From positions 11,408,001 through 11,472,000 of the forward strand of contig OX597817.1 in assembly GCA_951406725.2 (NCBI GenBank): a stretch of DNA of 64,000 nt. Reading direction: 5' to 3'. A program made the translations under genes and the position numbers. How positions within the stretch are numbered: the first letter of the stretch is position 1; every line of letters starts with the position of its first letter. Under the pieces are notes generated by a model, which saw only the letters and a list, made by a program, of their open reading frames with translations, ran no database searches and was not told the origin of the DNA. The stretch comes from Octopus vulgaris. Lineage: Eukaryota. Below, piece after piece: positions 38,933 to 51,100 of this stretch.

Positions 38933-39471
38933 TGAGGGCTCCTGACAGTTACGGCGTGTAATTTAGTTTTTAATTTTACTGCATTGACATTGGTGATGAT
39001 AATATTTGTAGTAATGATTTGCTAGTTGTGGTGTGATGGTGTTTGTTTTTGTTTTTTTTTTTGTAGCGGAGAAGAGGCAGGGTCGGCAAAATAATGAAGT
39101 ACCAATGGAACAGGGGCCTACAGAATAAATTCATTTACCTATATAGATCTATGATTTCATAAAGGACATCATAAATTATACATAAGCCATTAGACAAGCG
39201 AAATACTTTCAGATTCTAGATACTCACGGACAGAATAAGAGCAATAGCGGCAATAATAATTCCATATAATTCCTTTCTACTGATGGCACAAAACCTGAAA
39301 TTTGTGGAGAGGGGATAATTACGCCCCCAATGCTCGACTGATATTTATTCTATCAACTTTGGAAGGATAAAAGGTGACGGACCGTGGTGGAATTTGAACA
39401 CAGGACATAAAGATAGACGAAACACTGTTATTCATTTTGTCCGGTGTCCTAAAGATTCTGCCAGCTCGTCG

Positions 39472-39527
<56 letters not shown>

Positions 39528-39547
39528 GCCCTGATGCCAGCTCGTCG

Positions 39548-39599
<52 letters not shown>

Positions 39600-39603
<4 letters not shown>

Positions 39604-40150
39604 GCCCTGATGCAGTACCAGGCAGTGGCTCTCATGGCTTCTGATCTTAACTGATTGGAAGTGTTATCATGTACATTGTTTTGTCTTGGTATAAAAGATG
39701 GGCTACAGCAAATATTCTGCTCAATACCACAGATTTGCTTGTCAGTTGTTTGACGTTAACCAGTTGAGCATGTCTCTTAGTGGCTGACGATATGTGCATC
39801 TCTGATCATAGTGGGGGAGCATCATAGCCGTGTGTTGAAAAGAATTCTTGAAGGTTTGGATAATTCACCTTTGGAAACATGGGTGGTTCGTTCAACATCC
39901 TGAAACAATCCTTATTCAGGGACCTTTTGAGCGGGATGGGCTACTTAACTAGAAGAAAATTCTAACTGGGCCCCACCTGCAAGGTCATGCGCTGTTTATC
40001 TTGATATGAGATCATCATGTCGCGCACATATGGTTGTGATGCTTGTATCTGGTGTACCCTTATCAGACGGGTAGTCATGATGGGTATACTGGGCTTCGTA
40101 TATTTTACCCCAGTGTCACTTTGATGGCATGCACTGCTCTCTCACTCAAT
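39600..40150. mobile_element. ~550-bp interspersed repeat X flanked by (AAT)n
   Basis: Diverged second copy at 40545-41053 in the same orientation (CTCATGG.TTCTGAT...GATGGCATGC.CTGCTCTCTCA). Confidence 0.75.
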
Positions 40151-40167
40151 GATAATAATAGTACATG

Positions 40168-40381
40168 TTTTCTATTATAGGCACAAAGCTTGAAATTTTG
40201 TGGGAGGAGATAAGTCGATTAAATCGCCCCCAGTGTGTAAGTGGTTCTTAATTTATCGACCCCGATGGGATGAAAGACAAAGTCGACCTCGAAGGAATTT
40301 GAACTCAGAATGTAGCGGGAGACAAAATGCCGCTATGCATTTCACCCGGCGTGCAAACGATTCTGCCCGCTTGCCGCCTTA
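40168..40381 (-). mobile_element. SINE family B
   Basis: AAAGTCGACCTCGAAGGAATTTGAACTCAGAA core; older copies at 39270-39475 and 41140-41280. Confidence 0.8.
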
Positions 40382-40408
40382 CTACAATAACAACAACAAC
40401 AACAACAG

Positions 40409-40483
<75 letters not shown>

Positions 40484-40510
40484 ATAATAATAATAATAAT
40501 AATAATAATG

Positions 40511-40543
<33 letters not shown>

Positions 40544-40544
40544 T

Positions 40545-41053
40545 TTCTCATGGTTTCTGATTTTAAATAGCTGGAGGTGTTAAGATGTTTTACCTTGTTG
40601 TAAAAGATGGCTACAGCAAATATTCTGATCAATATCGCAGATTTCTTTGTCATTTGCTTGATCTTATCCAGTTCAGAATTTCTCTTAATGGCCGATGGTA
40701 TGTGCAACTCAGATCACAATCAGAAGTAGGAATATCATAGCCATGTATTGAGAGGAATTCTTTGGGGTTTGAATAATTAAGCTCTGGAAACATAGGTGTT
40801 TTGCACATCATCCTTAAACAACTCTAATTCAAGGACGTTTTCAGCAGACCTTAAGAAAATTCTAACTGGGTCCCATCCGCCCACTTAAAATTTTCATGCG
40901 CTGTTTATCTTGATATGAGCTTACCATGTCGACCACATGGTTGTGTTGCATGTGCCTGGTGTAACCTTATCATACGGGTAGTCATGATGGGTATATTGGG
41001 CTTCAAATATTTGTACCCCAGCGTCACTTCGATGGCATGCGCTGCTCTCTCAG
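40545..41053. mobile_element. Repeat X, diverged copy
   Basis: Aligns with 39630-40147. Confidence 0.7.
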
Positions 41054-42385
41054 ACAACAACAACAACAACAACAATAATAATAATAATAATGATAATAAT
41101 AATGATGATGATGATTATCAATATGGTGATGCCAACAATTTCGGAAGAGGAGCTAAGTCAACTGCTACTTATTTTATCGAACCCCGAAAGAATGAAAGAC
41201 AAAGTCCACATCCTCGATATCTTGAACTCAGAACGTAAAACGGAAGAAATGCAGCATTGAATCCCGCGTTCTAACGATTAATAACAACCCACACGAAAGA
41301 CAAAATTGGTGAGGATATGTTCATGAAGATGACGAAGACGACGACGACGATGACGACTATGATGTCGGTATGAAATAAAATTATATAAGTGTCTAAGTGT
41401 AAATTCATATGTTTCAGCAATTTGAGTTTGTAAATGTCTATGACCCAGCAATTAAATTATACTATCCAGAAAGGAGCTATAAAACACCAAGTAAAATAAA
41501 TAAATAAATAAAATACATAAATAAATATAGTAAACTAAATCCCACAACTGGCTAAGTAAAATATTAATGTAGCAGCAATAGCATCAACCAATAATAAGAA
41601 CTAATATTTTTCAACAGGCAGCAAGAAGTAGGTCAAATTCGTTTTTTTTATTACAAAAGGGATTTAGTAGATTCATTTCATATGTTCATAGATGTCGTAT
41701 GTTCATATATACTCATATATACTGTATATATTACTTATGTAGTGACAGGTATTATGTGTTTGAAACAGTAACTTACATAAAAAGAAAACCAAAAGTTTAT
41801 TTGGGGAATTATATAAAGTCAATAGTATTGAACCTGCTAAAGAATTTCAAGCGTGTTTCGTGGTCTGCTACCACAACAGCTCCTTTATAGGATCCAATTA
41901 GCTCACGACATCATCAGGAGGAACCACGTCCAGTTTCGGCCCCTACTCCTCTACCGTTTTGATGTGGCGGGGCCCCGCCTTTCGGAGGTGTCTTCAGTTC
42001 TGGTGTTGGATGCATGTCTTCTTTCTTCTTCTTTCTTCTTCTTTCTTCTGTTCGATGTAACGTCAACGAGTGTCAGCGGCCGACTAACTGTCTTGTCAAA
42101 TTTCCCTTTAAATACCTGCTGCTGATAGGCTCCAGCAGGCAGCCCCAGCAAGTTGTCATGTGACACTATCTCAACTTTAACTGACCAACGAAGGCGCGTA
42201 GTCTCAGCCCACGCATTCTCTAAACGATACCGTCACCTGTCATCGACTCTTTAAAAGCAGAAGGATTTTTTGGAGCAGGATGAAAAGGCCTGTTCTGCTT
42301 ATCGAGTCAAAAGCCTTTGTTAGATCAATGAAGGCCATATATAATGGCATTTTCTGCTCTCTAGACTTCTCCTGAAGTATGCATG

Positions 42386-42482
<97 letters not shown>

Positions 42483-42512
42483 GTGTGCGCGTGTGTGTGT
42501 GTGTGCATTTAT

Positions 42513-43016
42513 CTGCTTCTTCTAGTGTGTAAATTTACCTGTTAAAGGTAGTTTCCCTTGTGTTTAAATGTACACTATTTTATATTGAGAATATGCATGA
42601 TAGGCCACTGGTAGTGAAATTTTTAAAACGATTCGTTACCTTATATATTTTACGTATATGATTTTAGCATTTCGAAGGTCAGCTCGACATTCTTCACGTA
42701 CACTCGACTGAAACTGCGCTTGCGCGGAGAATTTCAAAAATTATAACATATAATGATGAGACGTGTGTTATTTGTCTCTAAATTATATCTTAATGTTATG
42801 GCACGGCTACTGGTGAGAATTTCGCCAAGCAAATTATTTTATTTGCTAAAATAATTCGAAATCTAGGTATAATCATAAAAACTAATAATGTAAAAGCTTT
42901 TATTTTTCATTCCCTTCGAAATTGCTCTTGAATATGGTTTTGGTTGTTTTGACTGCTTCTTCTAGCGTGTAAAATTACCTGTTAAAGGTGGTTTCTTTTG
43001 TGTTTAAATGTACTCT

Positions 43017-43020
<4 letters not shown>
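42513..43020. repeat. 68-bp direct repeats about 440 bp apart
   Basis: CTGCTTCTTCTAG.GTGTAAA.TTACCTGTTAAAGGT... at 42513-42580 and 42953-43020. Confidence 0.8.
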
Positions 43021-43100
<80 letters not shown>

Positions 43101-43685
43101 GATAGATAGATAAGCTTACTTGGAAATGGATGTGTGGCGTTGAATTATATAATAATATATAATATAATATAATATATGATATAATATAATATAATACAAT
43201 ATATATATATAATTTCCTGGACCAATTGGTTTCTGATTTGAGTTTAGCAAGTAAATAATTTATACTCGCGAGGTGAAATCGTTATCAACAGGAACACCTT
43301 AGATTAAATGTATAAACACGAGGCGATCAACTATGCGCCTCTTGTTTATACATCCTAATTTTTTCAAAATCTACTGCGCAGGTGGAGTCTTTCGCCGACA
43401 ATAAAAAATGCCTACTTTTAAAACCGAAAGTTATCCAAAAACTTATAATATTTAATCATATCAAAGGGAAATGGAAATTAATAGAATTTTTCACTTCAAG
43501 TGGCCTAGCGTGTAAAAATCTAGTCACAAAAGGCTACGTATTAGTAATAAAATACAGTGTACATTTAAGCACATAAGGAATCCACTCATGGGATTCAACA
43601 CGCTAGAAAGAACAGCTAGGTTCTATAACCACAAAATTAGGGATAAAATTCGACAGGAACGAAATGAAAAAATAAAAACACTTTA

Positions 43686-45215
43686 GCAAGCTCTCCGTAG
43701 ATTATGTCCTTGGGGATTCTGCCTTCTTCCATACGACTAACATGTCCAAGCCATCTCATATCTCTTTGCATTTAGAATAGCATTTTCTGTTCTCTGGACT
43801 ACTCCTGAAGTTGGCGTGTAGAGAATATCATGTCAATAGTTGATCTGCTCCTTCTAAACCCACAATGCGATTCTAAATAAATTCGAGAAGCCAGCAGTTG
43901 TAGCCCGGACAGGATTATGCAGGCAAAGGTCTTTCCAAGAGTGCCGAGAAGAGATATTTCACGGTAATTGTTGGAATCACCACGGTGACCTTTGTTTTTG
44001 TAAAGCGTGATGATGTTAGCACCCACATATCCTGAGGGACTGTACCCTCTTCCCGGCACTGATACAGAAGCTCATGAAGGTACTGAAGCAGCGCGGTGTT
44101 TTTGCCGGCTTTGATGATCTCTGAGGGGATGCTGTCTTTTCCCGGAGCCTTGCCACTGGATAGGGCGTCAATAGCCTTGGTGAGCTCTGCTACGGACGGC
44201 AGACTGGCAAGTTCGCACTTGGCTGGCAAGATCTTGACACCATCGATTGCAGCTTCAGCGACTGTAGTCTCCCATGAGTAGAGATCCTGGTAGTACTCTA
44301 CCCATCTATCCGTTTGCTTGCTTTGGTCTTAGATGAGATCTACAGTAGTTGATTTCAGAGGGGCTGACTTGGTTGCGGATGGACAAGGGCCTTCTTCAAA
44401 CCGGTGCCGCCACTGTCAGTAGCTGACTGGATACTCTGATAGATTTCCCGCCAATACCTATTTGCACAGAGTCTGGCAGTCAGTTGGGTTTTACTTCTTA
44501 CCTTTCTGAGTTCGTCTAGTGTTTTTGTAGAAGAATCACTCTTGTATTGCATCAGAGCTGCGCGCTTTGCTTCGATAAATGGTTCCAACTCTGAGAGCCC
44601 AGCACTGAACAAATCTGGGTTATGCCTTTTACTCATGCTGAAAGTATCTATTGATGTGGTATACAAAGCTTCCTTGATATAATTTCCACCTACTTTCAGC
44701 AGAGGAGGATGGGCAGCTACTGAGGGCATCTTTGATATAAACAGCAAAATGTTTCCGCAGTGTAGGGTCCGAGGTTCTGGCAGTGCTAATGCGTGGTCGG
44801 CCCATTTTCTTGGAGTGATGGATTTTTTAGGCAGAATCCTCACGCTCTTACTTATTAGTGAATGATCTATGTCACAATCCGCACTGTGGTAACTATGAGT
44901 CGGACAGAATTCAGAAAGGATCTTCGAGTGATGACGAGATCCAGCTGATGCCAATGTTGAGGTCTTGGGTGTCTCCAATATGCCTTGTGGGATGGCTTGT
45001 TGGCACATAATGTGTTGGTGATGTACAGGTTATGGTATGTGAAAAATTCAAGCAGTCTCTGGCCATTGTCATTCATATTGCCAATGCCAAAATGTCCAAC
45101 ACAAATGGGCCACGAGTCATGGTCAGATCCCACGCGAGCGTTAAAGTCTCCTAGAAGGTAGATGTTTTCGTTGGTTGGTATATTTCTAATGACACAGTTT
45201 AGATATTTGCAGAAC
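43686..45215 (-). mobile_element. RTE-clade LINE relic (APE endonuclease, RT start and C-terminal piece), frameshifted
   Basis: LLGDFNARVG, NDNGQRLLEF, WRHPRPQHWHQLDLVI, DCDIDHSL; KAPGKDSIPSEIIK; LYKNKGHRGDSNNYREISLL, CGFRRSRSTIDMIF; RWLGHVSRMEEGRIPKDIIYGEL at 43770-43690. Confidence 0.92.
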
Positions 45216-45902
45216 TGGAGAAAAGGAAAAGAAAAGAAGAGAAAACGAAAAAGAAAAGAAAGGGAGAGAGAGAAAGACAAAGTAAGAAAAAAACAGAAAG
45301 TTCAGAATGGTTTAAATGTTGTGGTGTACTGGAACGATTTTTTATCAACGGAAGTGAATTCCATATGCATATCCAGTAGTAATCCGGGTAGAATGCTGGT
45401 GTGTAGATGAGGAGAAGTGCAGAAATTTCAGGAAGAAGTAAGTCCGAAGTGTAGAAGATTAAAAAAGCAGGATAAAACTGATGCGACCATGTGAGCGCAC
45501 AGAATATTGTTGAAATTTACAGAAAAACAAAAGACGAAGACTGGTATATAAACAACAAGCAGGTGTTTTAGTTTGACGCTCGGGAAGGTGAGAAAGTCTT
45601 AGGCACACAAATACATACATATTCAAGACAGGAGATATGCTGACTCTGCAGAGAACATTTTCCATAACAGTATGAAGAATTGATTACAACCACAGTTGGC
45701 ACTATAACTTCAACGTTTGGGCTACCTGGAATTATGGAATATACTTGAAGGATTTGCACCAAAGTTCGTTGGACAGCACTGTACCGTTCCTAAGGTCCTA
45801 TATTTTTATGAAAAGTCAGGACCAGATATTGCAACATTTGAGGGGTTAAAGGCCCACAGCCTTTTAATATTTGTCCTAAGAACTTCAGAAATTCATATAC
45901 AG

Positions 45903-46118
45903 TGATTATATAACGGGAAGCTTTATGAAAATAAACAAAAGACGAAGGCAGGTGGAATACAAACAAACAATTGTATTAGTATGGCGCTCAGGAATATAAA
46001 TAAAGCAAGTCTTTTACGTTTCGAGCCTACGCTCTTCAACAGAAAGATACACAGAAAAGAAACATGGAAAGAAACAAGGAGAGAAAAAAAATGCGTGCAG
46101 AAGCTAGCGAATCAACAT
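45903..46118 (-). mobile_element. Penelope-like terminal fragment with minimal HHR-like motif
   Basis: Minus strand 46047-46010: TCTTT-CTGTTGA-A-GAGC-GTAG-GCTC-GAAACGTA-AAAGA; related to 12341-12653 and 45507-45600. Confidence 0.55.
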
Positions 46119-46295
46119 GTTCTACTATGTAGCAATATTTTGCCGCGAAACGCAACCCTGGCGAGGATTTATAAAACCTTTAATTTATTAAATTTCACCC
46201 ACATGAAAAGTACTGTAGTAAAACAGAAACAGAGGTCTTGGGACATACATACATATACGTATACATGCATATACGCACACACACATATATAGATG

Positions 46296-46345
<50 letters not shown>

Positions 46346-46438
46346 TATCAATAATAAAAGGGTAAAATCAATTAATTAATTAATTTTACCAAGTAGTGCT
46401 CAGTATGTAAGAGGACCATTTGAGGTATATTTAAAACA

Positions 46439-46524
46439 TTACGTTATATAATTAGGGTTCAGTAAAATAATTTCAGTGTGTGGTAAAGTAAATTATTTTA
46501 CTGAACCCTAATTATATAACGTAA
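46439..46524. repeat. Perfect 35-bp inverted repeat in a (TA)n-flanked island
   Basis: TTACGTTATATAATTAGGGTTCAGTAAAATAATTT (46439-46473) and its reverse complement (46490-46524). Confidence 0.9.
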
Positions 46525-46736
46525 ATATATATATATATATATATATACATATATATACACATATGTAATACTTTGGCGTGGATGTAGGTGAATATATGTT
46601 TATGTGTATGTGTATCTATATATATGTGTGTGTATGTGTGTATGTGCGTGCGTATAAATAATATTTATATATAGGAAGAGAGAAAGAGAGAGAATAGATA
46701 AATAGGAAAATAGAGATAGATATACATACACACAAA

Positions 46737-46785
<49 letters not shown>

Positions 46786-46869
46786 GCGTGTATATGTGCA
46801 CACCTTATTTATATTTCCCACGTTTTATAACATTTAAACTGACATACACGCTACATACATTCAAATATT

Positions 46870-46910
<41 letters not shown>

Positions 46911-46932
46911 ATGTCTATATATATACATATAC

Positions 46933-47017
<85 letters not shown>

Positions 47018-47478
47018 CGTGTGTGGTGTGTGGCAATGTGTGTGTATTTATGTGTAAATAGATCTAAGTATAATCCCAAAATATACATGCAAATATCTAA
47101 TTATATTTAATTCATATATCCAGAAGATGTATTCATTACGTTAAATTTACTTCATGAAGTATATTATATTCCCAGTGTTTGCTAATGTAAGTCACCATCT
47201 GCTAAGAATTAAATCATTGCTCTCCTCGAATTAATCTTGAAAATAGTGTAACTATTCTTTAAATAATTCCTTCATCCTTCACATTCATTAATTTAGAAAT
47301 GTGGTTGTCCTTAAACAAGTGGCCAAGTATTCTATCTCACCGTTTCTTATGCCAACCCAGCAGCAGCTGGCAGGAGAGCATGCAAGACTGCTTGGGTCCT
47401 GTGCAAACACACAAACACATACACACACACACACACACACATTCACACATATACATCTACCGACGTATATAACATATA

Positions 47479-47884
47479 GAGTGGCTGTGTGGTAAGTAGC
47501 TTGTTTACCAACCACATGGTTCCGGGTTCAGTCCCACTGCGTGGCACCTTGGGCAAATGTCTTCTACTATAGCCTCGGGCCGACCAAAGCCTTGTGAGTG
47601 GATTTGGTAGGCGGAAACTGAAAGAAGCCCGTCGTATATATGTATATATATATGTGTGTGTTTGTGTGTCTGTGTTTGTCCTCCTAGCATTGCTTGACAA
47701 CTGATGCTGGTGTGTTTATGTCCCCGTTACTTAGCGGTTCGGCAAAAAGAGACCGATAGAATAAGTACTGGGCTTACAAAGAATAAGTCCCGGGGTCGAG
47801 TTACTCGATTAAAGGCGGTGCACCAGCATGGCTGCAGTCAAATGACTCAAATGACTGAAACAAGTAAAAGAGAAAGAGAGAGTA
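47479..47884 (+). mobile_element. SINE family A
   Basis: Family A sequence; tail has an AAATGACT duplication. Confidence 0.92.
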
Positions 47885-47896
47885 TATATATATACG

Positions 47897-48031
47897 AATA
47901 AATGTTGTAACATTTGCAACTCTGAGCTCTTCCATATACTCTTCTCTAAGGTTCCCCTTGTAAACACACTCATAGAGAAATCCTATAAATGTAAGCACTG
48001 GCAGAAACATACTTTTTACTCTTACAAATGA
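47897..48031 (+). pseudogene. Penelope-like element ORF C-terminus (GIY-YIG endonuclease tail)
   Basis: NKCCNICNSELFHILFSKVPLVNTLIEKSYKCKHWQKHTFYSYK*: CxxCxxE..IL...LxN...CxH..K pattern; HHR lies 280 bp downstream. Confidence 0.6.
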
Positions 48032-48309
48032 TTATGATAGCCATCGTGCTTTGAACAATTAGCTTAACATACACTCCACTTCAATAGTGAGATTCTTTCC
48101 TAAGCCCTTGAACATTCTTAATCAACATACCCTTCCCTTTCCACTGGTTCCCTACCTATCATTCCTTTAACCCTTCTCTTCCTACTATCTAACTTTGACG
48201 TCAATTCTTCTAACGGTTTTTTTTTTTAAATCACTTATTGTCGTTTTGTTTACCATGTAGGCAGTCATCAAAATTTTTGTTTGTCTTGTTGCCGAGAGAG
48301 GCTCCCTTT

Positions 48310-48391
48310 TTTTCCTGATGAGAAGATTGCATCATACACCCTTTATTCCTTTGGAATGAAACCATGTGGCCTTCGAAACATATGTCGAGAG
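48310..48391 (+). ncRNA. Type I hammerhead ribozyme motif, canonical core
   Basis: TTTTC-CTGATGA(48315-21)-GAAG...CTTC-GAAAC-ATAT-GTC(48384-86)-GAGAG; palindromic stem III, GUC triplet. Confidence 0.78.
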
Positions 48392-48820
48392 TAAAGGAAT
48401 TTTGTTAACATCTTCGTTCAACTCCATTCTTTCATTTATTCACATATAACACACAAATTTCTGCAAATGAACCCGGAGTTTCCGCCCTTGGACAGGTCGC
48501 TTCAACCTTGTTTCTGACGCAAATTTGCTACCCTGGTATCGGTTCAACGAATTTTCCATGCTGACGATAAACATAGGATAATTCATTCACCTATTGAAAT
48601 ATATATACGTATATATGTGTGTTAGCTTGTATATATATATATATATATTTATATTAAATTAGAGATGAATAGTCCTTTTTTTTTTGTAAAATATGTATGT
48701 AATTAGATATTGACTATAACTGATATTAGATTATTTGTGGGTTTCTAACCTTAAAAATTAATACTGAATATTTATATTTCTGATTATTTATTTCTGATTA
48801 TTTATTTAAATATCATAATT

Positions 48821-48918
48821 AACCTGAAGATTGACTATAACCATAATTCGAATTATTACTTGGATTTAAATTATTGTTATTCGAATTGGCTTATGGGCAT
48901 GAAACGATCGTAGTGGTT
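48821..48918 (+). ncRNA. Type I HHR motif with long stem II
   Basis: CTGAAGA(48824-30)-T-TGACTATAA-CCATAATTCGAAT...ATTCGAATTGG-C-TTATGGGCA-T-GAAAC-GATC-GTA; stem I weak. Confidence 0.6.
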
Positions 48919-48981
48919 TTACTCTTTATCTTATATTAAACTTTCAATACTTTTTTGATAGTTATATATATATTTAAAAAT

Positions 48982-49030
<49 letters not shown>

Positions 49031-49266
49031 TTATAAGTATAAATTATTAATTTAAATAATTTAAATTTTGAATTTTATATTTTATATATTTGTTATTGAT
49101 TAATTTTATTTCTATGTATTGGTTTATGATTTTCACTGTTTGATTTGCCTAATAGTGGTTTTATCTCTAATTTAATATAAATAAATATATATATTTATAC
49201 TATAAAATTAAATTTAATACTAATTCTAATTTTTCCCTGTAAGTTTGGATTTACACCTAATATATG

Positions 49267-49289
<23 letters not shown>

Positions 49290-49297
<8 letters not shown>

Positions 49298-50112
49298 ATG
49301 AGGGTGTCTAAAAGACACCAACATGCCGAAATAGCAGTCGAAACACTGACTATATTACCACGTTAAATGTTCATATCGCACCATGAGGTAAAGCGGAGGG
49401 ACAAAACATACAAGCAAAAATTATTGAATAATTCAAGATCCAAGGATTTCTGGTTCTGCTTTAGATAAGCTTTACCGTCATCAATTGAATATATCAAGGG
49501 TACATAAATACAGATATATATATGCACAGCAAACGATATACTTACATATACGAGCGCCGTACATACATACATATGCACGTATGGACACTGCCAGTTTGAA
49601 TCGCCCGCCAAATCACCGCATAAGTACGTTATGGTTAAAATAAGCACCGCAGTGAATATAATAACGAATTATATAAATTTATATATGAGGATAATATCGA
49701 TATTTAAGTGTCGAAATTATCAAGTGGCCAGCATGAAAGAAATATCTTTAAAAATGTTTAACAATTAAAAATGAGGGTGTCTAAAAGACACCAACATGCC
49801 GAAATAGCAGTCGAAACAGAACCAGAAATCCTTATCTAAAGCAGCAGAACCAGAAATCCTTGGATCTTGAATTATTCAATAATTTTTGCTTGTATGTTTT
49901 GTCCCTCCGCTTTACCTCATGGTGCGATATGAACATTTAACGTGGTACTATAGTCAGTGTTTCGACTGCTATTTCGGCATGTTGGTGTCTTTTAGACACC
50001 CTCATTTTTAATTGTTAAAAATTTTTTTACCTTTGTAAGGTATTTCTTTCATGCTGGCCACTTGATAATTTCGACACTTAAATATCGATATTATCCTCAT
50101 ATATAAATTTAT
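49290..50112. repeat. Nested direct and inverted repeat cassette between (TA)n arrays
   Basis: 49290-49470 inverted at 49831-50012; 49671-49819 inverted at 49959-50112; 49290-49345 repeated directly at 49763-49819. Confidence 0.85.
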
Positions 50113-50116
50113 ATAT

Positions 50117-50276
<160 letters not shown>

Positions 50277-50329
50277 TTGTGTGTGTGTGTGTGTTAATAT
50301 ATATAATGTATATTTATGTATGTATATAT

Positions 50330-50920
50330 GGGTTGTGATGGGGTGCCAGGAAGGTACAATCGCTGAAATTCACTTGGACCCCAACTCATTCTTGTAACTC
50401 CATGAACTGCCAACATATAGCAATGCATCCTACTATTGGCAACGACATTGACAAGCCAGATAAACCAGATTGTGTGTATTTAATGTGCATTAAATTCTTG
50501 ATGAATCTGTTTTAAGTCTTGCTGCCTTACACATACGAAGACTGTTAGTACACCGGACTGTGCGTGGGTATCCCAAAGAGCAGTGATCAGATTTCAGGCA
50601 ATAAGGCGATATTTAGCAACGTCTCTGACGTGTACTTCAGAGTGCAATGATGCATGAATATCACCCTGTTTGTATCACAATATACTTCTTATTACGCCAT
50701 TCAGGTTAACTCATTATGTCACTTTGGATACTTGCCTGGTGAAGCGATCACCATATCCCATGTCCACTGCAAACCAAGACATAATTAGACGGTTGAATTG
50801 CTGATGTAACGGCTAAGGTATGGAAACACCATCATTTCTCTTGCTACGTCACTCAAGAGGACACACGGGATATTCGGTGTGCGCGGGAGATATCGCGATC
50901 CCTCGTTTGCATGCATTGTT
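50330..50920 (-). pseudogene. Heavily decayed DDE integrase-like relic
   Basis: Scattered frames read RYLPRTPN, QFNRLIMSW, VYCDT, QQDLKQIHQEFNAH*I; resembles integrase-core families; weak. Confidence 0.3.
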
Positions 50921-51069
50921 CAACTCCCCGTTCCTGAATCTTTTAAAGAATTGCTGAAGATTTCTTTGAGAAAAAAAAGTGATAAGGTTGATTTCTTTGA
51001 ATAAAGCTATCAAGTCTATGTTCCATCATGTCCGAATTCTAATGAGTGTAATACATAAAAGAGATATAG

Positions 51070-51100
<31 letters not shown>

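Noticed and set aside
49305-49362. HHR-like GAC...GTC-GAAAC in the nested inversion
   Set aside because: No CTGANGA core in any of the three copies.
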